In this document: positions 61,201-64,000 of the stretch, in pieces
How the letters are laid out: each line of letters starts with the position of its first letter
Numbering within the stretch: the stretch's first letter is position 1
Assembly: GCA_001643675.2 (NCBI GenBank)
Contig: LSRY02000023.1
Span: forward strand, 1,116,001-1,180,000
From: Monocercomonoides exilis PA203
Taxonomy: Eukaryota > Protista > Preaxostyla
Reading direction: 5' to 3'
DNA: 64,000 bases
The notes under the pieces: model-generated
The model's input: the letters and a program-made list of their open reading frames with translations, nothing else
Database searches by the model: none
Told to the model about the DNA's origin: nothing
Program-made: the position numbers and the translations under genes

Positions 61201-64000
61201 ATCACAACCATTGTGGATTTGAGACCTTCAGGTGCTTGACAGTTGATTATTGCGCAAACTCAAGATTGAGCGAAAGTTCAAAAGAAATAGAGGTTGTCTC
61301 ATCTTCATCAATAACCAAGGAAATACAAGGACCATTATATGATGTGATAATTTTAGGCAGAATAGAATCATCATCATCAGAGGAAGGAGAGAAAATACAG
61401 GTGGATGTGAGTGATGGAGGATCAGCCACACAAGATTGGCTTGTTGCATGTTCAAGTTCACTTTCAATGAGCAGACTTTCATTTGTTGTGAAAGGTCAGT
61501 TGAAATCAAGGAGAAGTGCATTCATTCACTCAACATCAACACTCAATATGGCGAACTGTCCAGTCTCATTTGAGGGTGGGGCATTGACTGATGGAAGGAT
61601 AGGATACAGCATCATTGACATGGGAGAAGGGAATCTGATTGTTGATGGATTTGTGATGGAAAGTGGAGTGACACTGACAATGAATGGGAAATCACCAATA
61701 ACGATGAGTGATGGAGTGAAATTGGAGATTTTGAACAGCAGAGTGAGTGGAGTGGAGGTGAATGTGGCGGGTGGAAGTGGAAGAGGATGGTGCTTGAATG
61801 TTGAGATGAGCAATAATGGGAATGTGAAATTTGAAGAATGCAATTTTTCATCAAGATGCTCAGGTGGAAGTGAGATGAAAGGAGGAGGGATGATGATATC
61901 AGCAGGGAATGGAGGGAGTTTGAAGATGAAAAATGTCAAATTATCTAATTGTGAAGTGTCACCAGGTGAGAGTGATGAGGTGGGGAGAGGAATAGGAGGA
62001 GGGACGTTTGTTGAACTTCCAAATCAAACGGGATTATTTGTTTTGGAAGGAATGGAATTTGAGGGGTGCAATGCCTGGAAAGGGAAGAATGTGTTTGTTT
62101 CTGGATGGGATCTGAGTGAGATTGTGAACAAAGAGAACTTCAAATGGGAGATGAGCCCACAGGAGTTGGGATCATTGGATGAGTTGTGTGGATGGGAGAG
62201 GAAGACAACAGGAGAGGGATATGTGATTCCACTGGTTGTGTATTTGTGGAGGAACTGGAGTGGAAATGGGTTTGTTTCGAAGGAAAAAGGAGGAGACTTC
62301 AGTGGGTGTGGGTATTCAGAAGCTCCATGTTCATCAGTTGATCACTTATTTTCTCTGAGATATGGAACACTTGGAGGAAGTGAATCACATGTGATAATTG
62401 TTGATTTAGCTCTCCTTCAAAATTCATTGCATTTGATTCAGACAGATTCAGACACACAAAAAATATCAATAGAAGGAGAAGAAAATGGAACAGTGCTGAG
62501 GGTTGAAGAAGAAAATGAAGAAGAGATGGAAGAAGCAATGGTTGCCTCAGAAGTGATTCTCTCATTTGTGAATGTTTCATTTGTTCTGCCAAATGTGCTT
62601 GTTCATCATCTGGCATTCCTCAAATCATCATCAGGGGGTGGGGCACTTTCTGTGAGAAGCTGCTCATTTGTGAGTGAGGATGCTTCAAAAGAAACGAATT
62701 TCTGCTTGGTGAGAGTGGATGGAGGGAGCGTAGCGATCGAAGACTGTGCCCTGAAAGAATTCCATTTGTTGCAAGGATTTATGGAATTGTCCTCAGATGT
62801 GAGAGTGGCAGATGTGATGAATCTGTCGATCAGTTACACGAGTGTTTCTGGAAGAAGTCTGATACCTATCAGTGAATCTGCTCTCTTATCAGAAAGATCT
62901 TTGAAAGAAGCAACGATGTTGAAAAACAAAGTGAATGGAGATGAAGATGGAATGCTATCGATGAGCGTAAACAGCTCAACATTCACAAACATCACACTCA
63001 GTGAAAATAGAGCCACAATTGTGAGTGCTTGTTCATTTGAATGTAAAATGAGATGCTTGGTGGAAGGGTGTGTGATGACGAAGTGTCTGAGTGAGTGGAG
63101 CGAAGAGGGAGGAGGGATGAAGGTGAGTTTGAAGAGCAGAGGGAGTGAGTTGAGAGTGAATGGTTGCATGTTTGGGATGTGCTCGTGCTCAGTGGTGAAG
63201 GGGAGAGGAGGAGGGCTGATGATAGATGCATCTGGCCTGGGTGAAACACAAGCAGGCACAGAGGATGCACCGCCTTTGGGGATAATGATCGAGAGCACCA
63301 GATTCACAATGAATGATGCGCTTGTGGGGAAGGATGTGTTCATCCGGTGCAAGTGGATTGAAAAGCAGATCAATGAGAAGCTGTTCTCGCTGGACTTCAG
63401 CCAGGAGTCATTGAAGTCGAGCAACTCGATTTGTGGAAGCGATGAAGAGAAAACAGATATTGATCTGATCCCGCTGATTACATTTTATTATGGGCAGCAG
63501 GTGTTTGTGAATGCGAACGGGAGGGATATGCGACAGTGTGGAGAGCAGACGAATCCGTGCAAAAGCATCAGCTGCAGTGTGGATCACATTCAAAGAGGTG
63601 TTGTGAATATTGTTTTTATTGATGAAGAAGGAGATATTGGAGGAGAATGTGCGATTGGAGATTTGAGTGTGAAGTCAATGAAGAAGATGAAGGCGACAGT
63701 CCATTTCAATGAAGCAATTCAAGAGATAGGAAACGAAAGGAGTGTGATTGTGTTTGCGAATGAGTGTGTTGTGGAGCGGTGTGTGTTTGAGTTTGGGGAG
63801 TTGCACGAAGCAAATCACAGCCACATCATGAAAGTGAAGAACGGAACAACCATGATGAGGGAGTGCGAATGCTTGTCATCCACAACTGAATTAATCATTA
63901 CCAGCACAATAATGGCAGTTGAAGGGGGAGAACTGGAGATGAACAAGTGTGCACACACAAGAATGAAATTATCGGCACCTTTGATAGAATTTGTTGGGGA
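58223..64000 (+). pseudogene. Large Cys/Gly-rich beta-helix-like putative surface-protein family member; 5' part disrupted, runs off the window
   Basis: Signal-peptide-like start (MNLMMVISIIQVI), GGAI/GGGM repeats with F..C spacing, and four G.D...CG....C..V modules. Stops or frameshifts at ~58510, 59125, 59697, ~60067 and 60216. One frame then appears open from 60219 to the window end. Confidence 0.75.

Noticed and set aside
1-64000. tRNA, rRNA or snRNA genes
   Set aside because: No cloverleaf or conserved RNA-gene motif was recognised by eye. A tRNAscan-SE or Infernal run is needed to exclude them.

Overview
AT-rich eukaryotic genomic DNA with short GT-AG introns and the standard genetic code. 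The gene families and composition point to an oxymonad, Monocercomonoides-like anaerobic protist (inference). Ten apparently intact genes: a BCH/CRAL-TRIO plus divergent RhoGAP-like protein, Vps60/CHMP5, an HSL-family esterase, a ~4,000-aa RRN3/TIF-IA, a Pho80-like cyclin, a hypothetical protein with a possible AMPK-beta ASC-like C-terminus, a bacterial-type GapN with one intron, a PMCA Ca2+-ATPase, a ~3,000-aa UVRAG/Vps38/Atg14-like protein and PEMT/Opi3. Vps4 is also intact. Two members of expanded gene families are disrupted, one at each end of the window. A complete but decayed Merlin (IS1595-like) DNA transposon has 29-bp TIRs and a perfect 8-bp TSD. The most unusual signals are (i) a 4-kb non-coding tract of consecutive, mutually unrelated ~250-350 bp imperfect palindromes, including a nested foldback with inverted 22-bp repeat arrays, and (ii) conserved proteins inflated several-fold by (TCT)n/(GAA)n-type microsatellite insertions placed between conserved motifs. 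Protein assignments come from recalled motifs, not database searches. Intron boundaries were placed by eye.
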